Shown here in pieces: positions 28,308 to 39,100 of a DNA stretch of 64,000 nt. The number at the start of each line of letters is the position of its first letter. Position 1 is the first letter of the stretch. Below the pieces are notes generated by a model that was not told where the DNA came from, did not search any database, and saw only the letters and a list, made by a program, of their open reading frames with translations. The DNA comes from Patescibacteria group bacterium (GTDB taxonomy: Bacteria; Patescibacteriota; Patescibacteriia; Buchananbacterales; UBA6539): NCBI GenBank assembly GCA_041662625.1, contig JBAZSB010000003.1:38552-102551 (forward strand). Direction: 5' to 3'. The translations under genes were made by a program, and so were the position numbers.

Positions 28308-28862
28308 CGCTTTGTCACTGATATAGAATCGCCAAAGTTTATCTTTGTATTTCCCGGCATAGTCAACACCAATTCGAGTTGACTTTTTTATTTGTCTCGG
28401 CAAAATTTTTACGCCTCGATCCTCAATCCAGAGTTGGCAATTTTTGCCAAAAGCTGGCTTACCGTTTAAAGACTTATCAATTTTGAATGCCCGGCATAAT
28501 TTACCCGGCCCATCGGTTTTCATTTTTGACCCTAATCCCGATATTGGTTTGACTGCCCGGAGTAAAACCGCGGCTGGATAATTTTTGTGTTCAGTTACAA
28601 TATTAAGACAATAGTACATTCCATAGATTAAATAAATATACCAAAAACCCCCTTGACCAAACATAAGTTCTGTTCTTTTAGTCCGGCCTCGGCTGGCATG
28701 GGAAGCCAAATCGTTTGGCCCGATATAATTTTCTACCTCGGTGATTTCGCCAATAATTTTTTTGTTGCCAATTTTTCGGATTAAAAATTTTCCCAGAAGC
28801 TGGGAAGCAACTTTACGGGTTGGTTGATTATAAAAACTTTGGTTAAGTCGCATCTGGTTCAA
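28299..28862 (-). CDS. mpg: DNA-3-methyladenine glycosylase (Mpg/AAG family)
   Basis: FGQGGFWYIYLIYGMYYCLNIVTE core motif of the Mpg family. Confidence 0.75.
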   Translation of the reverse strand: MNQMRLNQSFYNQPTRKVASQLLGKFLIRKIGNKKIIGEITEVENYIGPNDLASHASRGRTKRTELMFGQGGFWYIYLIYGMYYCLNIVTEHKNYPAAVLLRAVKPISGLGSKMKTDGPGKLCRAFKIDKSLNGKPAFGKNCQLWIEDRGVKILPRQIKKSTRIGVDYAGKYKDKLWRFYISDKAIE

Positions 28863-28872
28863 TTATTAATTA

Positions 28873-28899
28873 ATAAGCAGACAATTTTTATCTGCTTAT
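28873..28899 (-). terminator. hairpin downstream of the TolB-like gene
   Basis: ataagcaga-caattttta-tctgcttat, followed by AT-rich sequence. Confidence 0.3.
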
Positions 28900-28923
28900 T
28901 AGTCTCATCTAGATTCGAATTTA

Positions 28924-30186
28924 TTATTTTAATCTTATATCGTAAAGTTTGCCGTCGGTTTTACTGTTGAAATAAAGATAACTACCGTCATCAGTGACTA
29001 ATATTTTTTCAATATTATGATTGCCGTTTGGTACAGCAATTTTTGATTTGAAGCCAGTTGCCAGATCAATTTTATAAATATCGCAAGGAGCAGTATCCAG
29101 ATCGCTTCGGAAGATGCCAGCACCTGTTGTAAGATTTTGTGGTACGGCGCAATAAACCGTGTCGTTATCCGCAAAGGTACATTTATCCGCCCAAGTTTCT
29201 AGTTTAAGACCGACTCGGTTTTGGCCAATATTGTCTCCTTGAGCCTCAACAATCCAAAGTGTCGGTTTATATTCGGAGGTGCTGGAGTAAACACTATAAA
29301 GCAAACGATCGCCAGCTGTTGACCATTGTCCCACGAAGCCACGGCCTTCAGTGACGGTGGTCTTAAGATTTTCATCATTTAGGCCAACAAAATATAAATT
29401 TTGGCGATCAAAGTCTTTATCTTCGCGGTAGATAGCAATAATTTGACCGCTTGGTGACCAATCAGAGTAAACAGTGGCATCTTTGTCACCTAGTAATTCA
29501 ATTTTTTCAGCTTCTGAACCATCCGCTTTGGCCACTGCCAGCCACCGATTTTCGGCATCGGTACCCATACTTTTTAAAACCAGCTGGTCGTTGTTGGGTG
29601 AGAAACTAAAGTCCTTCCAGTGATTTGGCAAAGTTATTTGTTGGTTGGTTGCAAAATCATAGACAATATTGGCGCCATCAGGATATTCCAAAACCGCCTT
29701 CTCTTTATTAGGTGACCAAGTAATATTTTCGACATCATAAAAAACTTGATCAGTCAGTGGTGTAGCCTTGCCATCAGGAGTAATTTTATAGAAAAGGCCA
29801 GTCGTTTTGTCATAATAAATGGCATTATTACCATCGGCGGCTAAAGTGGGTTGAAAAGCCGGATTACTGGTTAAAACCTTAGTTTCGGTTAAACCGCCAG
29901 TTGCTGTTTCAGAGATTGCCCCAGTGGTAGGAGAAATTGATGGGGGAGGACCAATATTAACATTGGTGCCACCGGGTAAAGCGCCATTAACATTTCCGTT
30001 TGTGGGAATATTTACATTAACTCCGGCCTCAGGTAGTCCGCCTGGTCCAACATTAATATTCGCATTTGGCCCTGGTACTTCCGGAACCGTTGGTTTGAGA
30101 AATAAAGCATACAAAAGCCAGCCAAAAATAATAACCGCCGCGAAAAAACCGATCAAAAGTAAGATTCTTTTCCAATTTAAAGGCAT
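28924..30186 (-). CDS. membrane-anchored beta-propeller protein (TolB/PD40-like repeats) with Gly/Asn/Pro-rich linker
   Basis: N-terminal TM helix, low-complexity PGPNANINVGPGGLP linker, repeated SP(D/N)G/SPNxxxLV motifs with W/Y-rich strands. Confidence 0.5.
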   Translation of the reverse strand: MPLNWKRILLLIGFFAAVIIFGWLLYALFLKPTVPEVPGPNANINVGPGGLPEAGVNVNIPTNGNVNGALPGGTNVNIGPPPSISPTTGAISETATGGLTETKVLTSNPAFQPTLAADGNNAIYYDKTTGLFYKITPDGKATPLTDQVFYDVENITWSPNKEKAVLEYPDGANIVYDFATNQQITLPNHWKDFSFSPNNDQLVLKSMGTDAENRWLAVAKADGSEAEKIELLGDKDATVYSDWSPSGQIIAIYREDKDFDRQNLYFVGLNDENLKTTVTEGRGFVGQWSTAGDRLLYSVYSSTSEYKPTLWIVEAQGDNIGQNRVGLKLETWADKCTFADNDTVYCAVPQNLTTGAGIFRSDLDTAPCDIYKIDLATGFKSKIAVPNGNHNIEKILVTDDGSYLYFNSKTDGKLYDIRLK

Positions 30187-30199
30187 AGGTTTATAACGT

Positions 30200-30335
30200 T
30201 GCTGCCCGAATACCGAGCGCTTTAGCGCGCGGATGAAGGGCAGTATGAGTAATAATCGTCGGCGGAGCCGACTCCTCTCGTTAAGAACCCACCCTGATAC
30301 CCCACTCTTTAGAGTGGGGTTGGGTTCATTATTAA
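30200..30335. ncRNA. GC-rich structured element between two minus-strand genes (candidate small RNA or 5' leader element)
   Basis: Local GC is much higher than the flanks. Nested hairpins ctgccc...gggcag, gtcggc-gga-gccgac, ccccactc-ttta-gagtgggg, and gaaccca...tgggttc closing. Confidence 0.3.
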
Positions 30336-30447
30336 GGGTTTCTATTTAGAAGCTTACTCAATTCACTATTTTTACTTCAATTTCGAGCCTAAACTGATGG
30401 TTTAGCTAGTATCATCGTCCTCAATAGAAATTATAGCATAAAATTGA

Positions 30448-31500
30448 TTAATCCATTAAGTAGTCGGTAGCCTTGCTAAATGCGTTTTTAATAATACCCC
30501 AGCCAATATCCCAGCCAACGCCAAGTAAAACTTTTGGATTTTCAATGACATAAATTATTGATCCAAATAAGACCAGAATAAACAAGATGAGAGCAAAAAT
30601 TAACAAGCCGATTAAAAGACAGCCGATAATTTCCACCCATTCCAGAGTTTTACTGGTGGTTTTACCAATTTTTCCGGCTTTATCCGTTACTTGCTTCGGC
30701 AGCCATTCTTCACCGAAGCGGCAGAAGAGGTCAGAGAATGGTGTTAGATAAGCAGCAATAAAATGAAAAGCAATATAAAACCAAGTTAAACCAAAAGAAA
30801 TAATCAAATTAAGCCAGGCTCCTTTAAGGAGAGTGCTGCTACCTTGCCGACTTGGTGCCATCGCCATTTGTTTTATTTTGCCTTCCCCTTCTCGTTTATC
30901 GCTGATACTACCGCGGCGGAAATCGCGCGCCATCTGTCTGGTATTTCTAGCTTGATCTTTAATGCCTTTTCCAGTTCTTTCTAAGCCTTGGCCAACTTTC
31001 TCGATTCCTTGGCCTGGCGCCTGACCGATTCTTTTACCCACTTTTGAACCAGTTTTAGCTCCGGCCCTAAAGCCAGCTGCCATACCTTGTGGTCCGCCAA
31101 GAATTCCACCAACGGCGCCAACAGTGCCACCAACACCGGCGCCAATACCAGAACCTAAGGCGCCCCCTGCCACTTTGGTTCCTTTGCCAGCGTATTTCAT
31201 CCCTTTACCTTGAGTTTCTAGCGCGCTACCGGCGGCTTGGGCCGCTGTTGCCGCTTGTTCAGCTCGTCGGGCACCTCGATCTTGTCGGTCCGCTTGAGTA
31301 ATTGGACCTTCGGTTGCTGACGGATAAGTTGGTAATTGATTTCGCCTTTTATCAATCTCGGCCAAGTCCTGTTCTTGCTGTATTTTGGTTTGCCTTCTTT
31401 TCTCCTGTTCTTCAGCCAAAGCCTGATCATTTTTGTTCCTTTGCTCGAATTTTAGGCGTTCCCAATCACGCCGATTTTGATCCTCAATATTATCGGCCAT
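30448..31500 (-). CDS. hypothetical membrane protein with Gly-rich segment and N-terminal charged coiled-coil
   Basis: ORF whose ATG overlaps the clpC-like stop (TAATG). C-terminal TM helices LLIGLLIFALILFILVLFGSIIYVI. Confidence 0.45.
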   Translation of the reverse strand: MADNIEDQNRRDWERLKFEQRNKNDQALAEEQEKRRQTKIQQEQDLAEIDKRRNQLPTYPSATEGPITQADRQDRGARRAEQAATAAQAAGSALETQGKGMKYAGKGTKVAGGALGSGIGAGVGGTVGAVGGILGGPQGMAAGFRAGAKTGSKVGKRIGQAPGQGIEKVGQGLERTGKGIKDQARNTRQMARDFRRGSISDKREGEGKIKQMAMAPSRQGSSTLLKGAWLNLIISFGLTWFYIAFHFIAAYLTPFSDLFCRFGEEWLPKQVTDKAGKIGKTTSKTLEWVEIIGCLLIGLLIFALILFILVLFGSIIYVIENPKVLLGVGWDIGWGIIKNAFSKATDYLMD

Positions 31501-33995
31501 TAATTTATAATTATTTTGTTATCCTTAACTCCAACTTTGATTGTTTTACTTTTGGTGGTCAGAATTTTTCTGGCAATCTTATTTTCAATTAGTTCTTGGA
31601 TATTTTTGCGGATGGCTCGAGCACCAATTTGGGGCTGATAACTAATTTTAGCCAGTGTTTTAATTACCTGAGGTTCTATTTCGATTTTCAGCCTTTGTTT
31701 AGCTAACCGTTTTTCCAGTTCTTTAAGTTGAAGTTGAATGATTTTACTGATCGCTTGAGTAGCCAGGGGATTAAAGATGATTGTTTGATCAATTCGACTG
31801 AGAAATTCCGGCGGGAATTTATCTTGGAGTTGTTTTAAAACTTCTTGTTTGATTTCTTCAGTTTTATTTTCAGTTTGACCCTGGAAGCCTAAAGCTGCCT
31901 GGCGGTTAAAGCTTTCTGAACCCAAATTAGAGGTCATAATAATAATGGTGTTTTTGAAGCTTACCTTTTTCCCCGTGCCATCAGTTAAATAACCATCTTC
32001 TAAGATTTGTAGTAAAAGATTGAAGACTTGGCGGTGGGCTTTTTCGATTTCGTCAAATAAAACTAAAGAGTAAGGTCGGCGTTTAACTGCATCTGTTAGT
32101 TTAGTATCTTCTTTGTAGCCAACGTATCCGGCTGGCGCCCCAATTAATTTGGAAATATTAAAACTTTCAGCAAATTCTGACATGTCAATTTTAATTAGGG
32201 CTTGTTTATTGCCAAAAATAGTTTCGGCTAAAACTTTTGCCGCCTCAGTTTTACCGACGCCAGAAGGGCCGAGGAAAATAAAAGAGCCGATGGGTCGGTT
32301 GGCATCAGCAATGCCGGTTCGGGCCCGCCTGATAAACTCCGCCACTGATTTTAAAGCCTCATCTTGGGCAATAATTTTTTTGGCTAGCAATTTTTCCAAT
32401 TTTAAAAGACGATTTTTTTCGGCTAAAATTAAGTCTGTTAAAGGAATGCCGGTAATTTTAGCCACGATTTGGGCAATATCTTGGTGGGTAATTTCGGCTA
32501 AAACTTTCGGTTTTTGTTTTTTCGCCTTTAGGCTTTCCAGCTGAATTAATAGATCTTGCTCTTGCTGTCGGTATTTTAAGGCCAAACTGAATTTTTCTTG
32601 AGCAACTGCATCCATCTTTTTTTGGGAAATCTCATTGAGTTGCTGCCTTAAATCTTTAAGCCCCTTAGTTTTTTGGTCAGTTCCCATTTTAACTTTAGTG
32701 GCGGAAGCGGCCTCGTCAATTAAATCAATTGCTTTGTCCGGCAGAAAACGATCAGGAATATATCTCTCTGAAAGTTCAGCGGCGGCAATAATTGCTTTTT
32801 GGTCAATTTTTACCTGGTGAAAAAGTTCATAATTATTTTTAATCCCTTCTAAAATTTCAATAGTTTGTTCCATACTTGGCTGATTGACCATTACCGGTTG
32901 GAAACGGCGTTCCAGAGCCGGGTCACTTTCAATTTGTTTTTTATAACCTTCTAAAGTCGTGGCACCGATACAGCGAATTTCTCCCCGCGCTAAGGCCGGC
33001 TTTAAAATGTTAGCTGCATCCATTGAGCCAGCCGCTGAGCCAACACCGATAATATTATGGATTTCATCAATGAATAAAATAATGTCCGGATTTCTTTTTA
33101 CTGCCTGAATTATTTGTTTGAGTCGGTTCTCAAATTCACCGCGGAAACTGGTTCCCGCAACGACTAAACTTAAATCTAAAGTATAAATTTTTTTGTTTGC
33201 TAAAATTTCCGGCACTTCACCCAGCAGGATTTTTTTAGCCAAGCCTTCCACAATTGCTGTTTTACCAACCCCCGGATCGCCTAAAAGCAAAGGGTTATTT
33301 TTGTTCCGGCGAGAAAGAATTTGGATGACTCTTTCCACCTCCGCTTCTCGGCCAATGAGCGGATCAATTTTTTTCTGGATTACTGGGTCAGTTAAATTAG
33401 TGCCGAAAATATCTAAAATTGAAGCGGAATCAGCCGTTAGTGGTTTCTCCGATAATGAAGAAGAATAATCTTCCCAGCCTTGGTTATTTTCACCTGGCAG
33501 GAAGTTACTTTTATTATTAAAGTGTTCAGCGGCGTCAGTTAAATCGGGAAATTTGGAAGTGCTATTCAAAATCATTTCCACCTGCTGATAAATCTCTAGC
33601 ACATTTGCCCCCTTTTGCTGAAAAATTTTGGTTGTCATTCCATCTTTAATTGTCAAAATGGATGCCAGAAGATGTTCTGTACCAATATATTTGTGTTGAT
33701 TAAAGCTGGCTATTAAAAAAGCTTTTTCAAGCAATTTTTTAGTCGCTTCAGTCAAACTAATTTGAGTAATTGCTCGTTGATTAGAATTTTCTTTGTTGAT
33801 TATAGTTTTAATTTCTTCGCTTTCAATTTTTGCTCTAGTTAAAATTTGAGCGGCAATACTCCCTTTTTGTAAACTTAACCCATAAAGAATATGTTGCGGT
33901 GTAATTGTTTGGTGGCCTGAAGCTAAGGCAAAACTAAAAGCGTTTTTTAGTGCCTGTTTGGAATTAGTACTAAATTTTTGGAAAAGGGAAAACAT
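31500..33995 (-). CDS. clpC: Clp/Hsp100-family AAA+ chaperone (ClpC-like; two AAA modules, short M-domain)
   Basis: Clp_N repeats; D1 Walker [16 protein letters not shown]; D2 Walker [19 protein letters not shown]; sensor motifs. 831 aa with a middle domain of about 60 aa favours ClpC over ClpB. Confidence 0.75.
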   Translation of the reverse strand: MFSLFQKFSTNSKQALKNAFSFALASGHQTITPQHILYGLSLQKGSIAAQILTRAKIESEEIKTIINKENSNQRAITQISLTEATKKLLEKAFLIASFNQHKYIGTEHLLASILTIKDGMTTKIFQQKGANVLEIYQQVEMILNSTSKFPDLTDAAEHFNNKSNFLPGENNQGWEDYSSSLSEKPLTADSASILDIFGTNLTDPVIQKKIDPLIGREAEVERVIQILSRRNKNNPLLLGDPGVGKTAIVEGLAKKILLGEVPEILANKKIYTLDLSLVVAGTSFRGEFENRLKQIIQAVKRNPDIILFIDEIHNIIGVGSAAGSMDAANILKPALARGEIRCIGATTLEGYKKQIESDPALERRFQPVMVNQPSMEQTIEILEGIKNNYELFHQVKIDQKAIIAAAELSERYIPDRFLPDKAIDLIDEAASATKVKMGTDQKTKGLKDLRQQLNEISQKKMDAVAQEKFSLALKYRQQEQDLLIQLESLKAKKQKPKVLAEITHQDIAQIVAKITGIPLTDLILAEKNRLLKLEKLLAKKIIAQDEALKSVAEFIRRARTGIADANRPIGSFIFLGPSGVGKTEAAKVLAETIFGNKQALIKIDMSEFAESFNISKLIGAPAGYVGYKEDTKLTDAVKRRPYSLVLFDEIEKAHRQVFNLLLQILEDGYLTDGTGKKVSFKNTIIIMTSNLGSESFNRQAALGFQGQTENKTEEIKQEVLKQLQDKFPPEFLSRIDQTIIFNPLATQAISKIIQLQLKELEKRLAKQRLKIEIEPQVIKTLAKISYQPQIGARAIRKNIQELIENKIARKILTTKSKTIKVGVKDNKIIIN

Positions 33996-34029
33996 TTTCT
34001 ATTTCTATTTAAATTATCGACTTGACCGT

Positions 34030-34386
34030 TTAGTTTGTCTCTTGGTTATCAGGAATTCCGTCACCGTCGCTATCAATCAGGCCTTCAGTATTTGGTTGAG
34101 TGCCATCCCCATTAATATTTGTTAAATCAGTGGGAGCAGGAGCAGTCGGAGTGGTCCCCTGATTTGTCTCTTGGTTATCAGGAATTCCGTCACCGTCGCT
34201 ATCAATCAGGCCTGGATCCAAAATATTAGTTTCTGTTGCAGTTTTTTGCTGACCCGGATTTGAGATAAATTTAGATAGCATGACACTTAAAATAATTAGT
34301 AAAGTAATCAGAATAATGAGAATTATTAGGATCAGCACTTTTTTTAATTTGTTGGTTGATTGATTTAGATTGATTTTTGGGTTCAT
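34030..34386 (-). CDS. small membrane-anchored protein with duplicated GLIDSDGDGIPDNQETN (thrombospondin-type-3-like) Ca-binding motif
   Basis: N-terminal TM helix. Two identical 17-aa motifs encoded by a perfect 50-bp direct repeat. Confidence 0.5.
   Translation of the reverse strand: MNPKINLNQSTNKLKKVLILIILIILITLLIILSVMLSKFISNPGQQKTATETNILDPGLIDSDGDGIPDNQETNQGTTPTAPAPTDLTNINGDGTQPNTEGLIDSDGDGIPDNQETN
34034..34212. repeat. perfect 50-bp direct repeat (34034-34083 and 34163-34212), period 129 bp
   Basis: tttgtctcttggttatcaggaattccgtcaccgtcgctatcaatcaggcc occurs twice. Confidence 0.8.
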
Positions 34387-34407
34387 AAATTTTTTTTAGA
34401 CTTTAGA

Positions 34408-35307
34408 TTATATCATTTTTCTTAAAGTGGCGATTCTTTCTTCAATTGGCGGATGAGTGGCAAAAAGTTGAGACATAAAATGTTTTTTTCGGCCAAAAGG
34501 ATTGGCGATATAAAGATGGGCGGTGGCATTATTGGCTTGGCGTAACGGCATACTCTCGGTCTGAATTTTCTCTAAGGCTTTGGCTAAACCCTCCGGATAA
34601 CGGGTCAATAAAGCGCTGCTAGCATCCGCTAAAAATTCTCTTTTGCGTGAAATTGCCAATTGAATTAACTTGCCAATTATTGGTGAAAGGATAAGTAAAA
34701 TAGCACCGGCGACTAATAAAATTATTTGGAGCTGACTACTTTTACTGTCGCCCTCACCCCTGCGGCCACCACCCCAAAATCTAATCCGAATAAACCAGTC
34801 AGAAAGCAGGGCGATTAAGCCGACCATGATAATGACAACAGTCATTAATAAAATATCATAGTTTTTAATATGGGAGAGCTCATGAGCGATTACACCTTCT
34901 AATTCCTCATTAGCTAATTTTTCGATTGCTCCATTAGTTACTGCTATTGAAGCATGCTTGGGATCACGGCCAGTGGCAAAAGCATTAATTGCCGGATCTG
35001 GGATAATATAAATTTTTGGTAAATCCAAACCGGCAGTAATGGTTAAATTTTCAACCAGTCGATAAAGATAAGGGTTATCAGTTTTTTGAATTGGTCCTTT
35101 AGCCCCGGCAGTCCACAAAGCAACTTTATCACCTTGGTAGTAGCTAAACAGCGAGGTAACAATAGAAATCAATGCCGCTATAACTAAGCCGGCATAACCA
35201 ATATCAGTCAGTTGAGAAAAAGCGAGGCCAATTAAAAGAATAACAACAATAAAAATGCCGATTAAAAGCGCAGTTCTTCTTTTATTGGAATCAATCTGGT
35301 TATACAT
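34408..35307 (-). CDS. htpX: zinc metalloprotease HtpX (M48 family)
   Basis: HELSHIKNYD HExxH motif, N-terminal TM helices. Confidence 0.8.
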   Translation of the reverse strand: MYNQIDSNKRRTALLIGIFIVVILLIGLAFSQLTDIGYAGLVIAALISIVTSLFSYYQGDKVALWTAGAKGPIQKTDNPYLYRLVENLTITAGLDLPKIYIIPDPAINAFATGRDPKHASIAVTNGAIEKLANEELEGVIAHELSHIKNYDILLMTVVIIMVGLIALLSDWFIRIRFWGGGRRGEGDSKSSQLQIILLVAGAILLILSPIIGKLIQLAISRKREFLADASSALLTRYPEGLAKALEKIQTESMPLRQANNATAHLYIANPFGRKKHFMSQLFATHPPIEERIATLRKMI

Positions 35308-35421
35308 AGACGCGGATAAACGCGGATTAAAACGCAGAACAACGCAGAAGGCAATTAATTTTTTGTCATTCTCACCTCACTTCCGTATATTCCGCGTTTC
35401 CTTCAGCGTTATTCTGAGATA

Positions 35422-35976
35422 TTAGAATTTTACTGCCACGTTTTCTTTTTCTCCAGCTTCGGCTTGGAAAAAATCAAATTTTTTGAAGCCGAGGATGCCG
35501 GCAACTAAATTGTTAGGGACAACTTCAATTTTAGTATTGAAGTCCCGAACGTTACCATTGTAAAAGCGGCGAGCGGCTTGAATTTTATTTTCTGTATCAG
35601 AAAGTTCATCTTGGAGTTTTAAGAAATTTTGTGAAGCTTTCAGATCAGGGTAATTTTCTGCCACGGCAAAGATTGATTTTAGTGTTTGCGAGAGCATATT
35701 TTCCGCTTTGCCTTTTTCTGTTACTCCAGAAGCGTTAATAGCGGCAGATCGGGCTTGGGTAACTTTTTCAAAAAGTTCTTTTTCATGAGTCGCATAACCT
35801 TTGACGGTTTCAATTAAGTTGGGGATCAAATCATGCCGCCGTTTGAGTTGGACATCAATATCAGAGAATGCCTCCTGGGTGCGGTTTTTTAGCCTAATTA
35901 GGCTATTAAAAACAAAAATTAGCCACAGGATAATGACCGCCACTATGACTAAAATAATCCACAGAAGATTTTCCAT
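35422..35976 (-). CDS. lemA: LemA-family protein
   Basis: N-terminal TM helix plus LemA signature (ENYPDLKASQNF...RRFYN). Confidence 0.75.
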   Translation of the reverse strand: MENLLWIILVIVAVIILWLIFVFNSLIRLKNRTQEAFSDIDVQLKRRHDLIPNLIETVKGYATHEKELFEKVTQARSAAINASGVTEKGKAENMLSQTLKSIFAVAENYPDLKASQNFLKLQDELSDTENKIQAARRFYNGNVRDFNTKIEVVPNNLVAGILGFKKFDFFQAEAGEKENVAVKF

Positions 35977-36185
35977 AGTCAGTTTTCTCCTTTGATTTAA
36001 TTGCTGGGTATTATTTATTGCCCAGAATTAATTTTTATGTTAAAATATATTTAAGAAGCTATTTCCGCTTGTTTAAATTATATAATAAAGAGGGGCTTTA
36101 GTCAAAGACACATTTTTCTTTATATACATATTTATTTAATCCCTAATGATTAGTCAAATAATCATTATAGGGCAGGAAAAAAAAT

Positions 36186-39100
36186 ATGAAAAACCGAGCT
36201 ATTTTAGCAAAAATCCTCCCCCTGATTTCTGGTTTAGTGACTGTTGTTTTGGTCACTTTTTTTATTATGGCAGCTTGGGTGTGGGCAGCCAGTAGTTGGC
36301 AAGGGCCAACTGAATCGCCACCCCAGGGTAATCCTTCTGGTTTTATTCAGGCTAGTCCACCTAGTGCCCAAGAAGCCCGGATTAATATTAATGGTGATGC
36401 CGAGGTGGGTAATTTGATAATTAAACCAACCGGATCGTTTATTTTTGGTTTAGAGGACCCGATTAGTAGTTGGCCTGACCTTTGCGCAGAAATTAGCCCA
36501 AATGTTTGTACTGGCTGGAGTGATGCCTTGATTGAGCTTATTGGTACTGGGCTTTGGCAAAAATCAGGCGGGACTGGGCCGGATATTTATTATAATACAG
36601 GTGATATTGGTATGGGGACCGAAAATCCAGGTGATGACGGCCAGGGTCGAAAAAATGTCCATATCTATTCCAATAACGGCAGTCGCTTGATTATCGATGG
36701 CGCTGGCAGCAGTGCTCTAAGTGCTGCCTTTCTGGATTTTGTCACCCGGGGTGATGGGACAAAGACTGTTAACAATGTCTCGACCCAAGGTTGGAATTTT
36801 ATGGCTTACAGCAATAGCTATCTGACGAGTAACCTTAAAAATGACTTAAGAATTCGTTATTATAATGGAACCGTGCCAACCGATGTAATTCATTTGACTG
36901 ACACTGGCAATGTCGGAATTGGTATAACGGCGCCTGACTCTTTTTTGCATGTTGAAACTGGTGATGCTCGTGGAACTTTATCAGCTGGTTATACGACTAG
37001 AGCCCTGGGAAGAAATTCAATTGCTTTAGGTAAAGGAATTGATGTTACTGGTGATAATTCTATTGGTATCAGGTTAAATACTGGCCAAAAAGATATTGCG
37101 ATGGTAACTAATCCTGGAGTTATGGCAATTTTGGATGGCAACGTTGGTATTGGTACTACCGCGCCGACGAATAAATTAGAGATTCAAGATAGCGGCCGCA
37201 ATTCAGTTAGTCTGTCAAAAATTTCAAGTGATACTGCTGATCCAGAAAATATCAATCTTTTTGTTGGCTTTGAAAGATTTTGGAATTCAGTTGATGATAA
37301 TCCTGTAATCAAGGGCTGGAATAATCGGACAGGCCAGCCAGCCGCTTTAGACTTACAAGGCCAAAATGGCGGAATTGTGATAGTGCCTTCTAGGCTCCAA
37401 GTAGGTATAGGGGCAAAGGCGCTTAATCCATCTTCAAATACCTTTTTCTTGGTTACTGATAGTGGCGCAAATTCTAATCGAGTAGCAATAGAGGGTGATG
37501 TTTACTATGGTACAGCGATAAAAGGGGCTTCTCATTATGGTTGGTCTGGTTATTTTAAATCTCCCGATTCTTCTCCTAGTCCTAGTTATAAAGGTGTCTT
37601 TATTGATAAGTTATGTTTAGGCTCGGAAACTAGTTGTCAGACCAGTTGGTCTGGTGTGGGCGGCAATACCTGGCTAGTTAATAACGGTAATGTCTACAGA
37701 AATCCTAGCTATGGTAATGTTGGTATCGGTACATCCGCGCCTTATGAAGAATTCGTCGTACAGGGTGCGGCTGGCAATCCCGCCTTTATTGCCGCAGCCG
37801 GAGGAGCAGATGAGTGGCAGTATTCAGGGGTAGATTTGTGGAATACGGGCACTAATTATGGTAGCGCCAGCTCGCCAGGGAATACTTTGTGGCGCCTGAC
37901 TCATCGGCGATCAAATTCTACCGTCAGCCCAGTCGAAGACTCTTTCCAAATTCATTACAAAGATAGTAATAATAACTGGATTAATCCGTTGACAATTTTA
38001 CCTAATGGTAATGTTGGTATTGGCACGGCCGATCCTAAGTCTAGTTTGGATATTACTGGAAACATTAAGTTAAATAGTAATCCGGCGAATGGTGGCGCCC
38101 AGGTTCAAATCGAAAGTTACTATGTTACGCCTACACCGGCGGTTCAAGGCAAAGGTTTTGGTGGTGGTTTTTGGGTTAATGAATATTACGATCCAGTGGC
38201 TGATACCATGCGTCGAACCCGGACTGGGCCGTCAGGGGTTTTCAATATGAAGGAAGATGGTCATTGGCGGCTTACTTCTTCTCCTTCAGGTGCTGCGGGT
38301 TCAGATGCGAATGTTAATGCGGTATTAGATTTATTTATTCAGAATAATGGGCAAGTTGGGATTGGTACAGCCACACTAGCATCAGGCGATAAATTAACAG
38401 TAGCCGGTAATATTAAGGCCAGCGGTACCATTTGTGCTAATAATGGTTCGGTTTGTCTTGGTGGCAGCGGGAGTACTGGCTGGACCGATGGTGGCACTAA
38501 TGTTTATTTAACTACTACTTCGGATAATGTCGGAATCGGTACAGCTAGTCCTTCAAGTAAGTTAGATGTAGCTGGTGGTGGGATTAGTGGCAATTATGGT
38601 CTCATACCTAATTATGCTAGTTGGAATAGTTACGGCACTGGTGACGGCGGCGCAGGGATTTATAATGATAGTGGCACTTTTAAAAAGTTAATGATAGTCG
38701 GTAATAATTCGGCCGGCGGGGCAGTTCCAGGTGGGCGGGAAGTCGGGATTTGGGATAATTTAACCGTTAATGGCAATACTTATGTCGCTGGTAACGTTGG
38801 TATTGGTAAGGCACCATCCAGCCAAAAGTTAGACGTGGCGGGAAATATTAACGGCACTGGACTTTGTATTGGTGGTGATTGTAAGACAAGCTGGAGCCAA
38901 GTCGGCGGATCGGCTTGGACTGATAGTGGCACGGCAATATATAACACGACTTTAACTGATAATGTTGGCATCGGTACAGCTAGCCCTTCCAATAAGTTAG
39001 ATGTTGTTGGCTTTATTGAAGCAAACGGTAGCAGCACCATCGTTAATACTTCACCACCCTCAGCTGATCAAGTTACTGGTTGGAAAATTGGGCTTTGGGG

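Noticed and set aside
35308-35421. Direct repeats (aacgcggat x2, aacgcaga x2) upstream of htpX as a heat-shock operator
   Set aside because: No CIRCE (TTAGCACTC-N9-GAGTGCTAA) or sigma32-like consensus was recognisable, so this is noted only as simple repeats.
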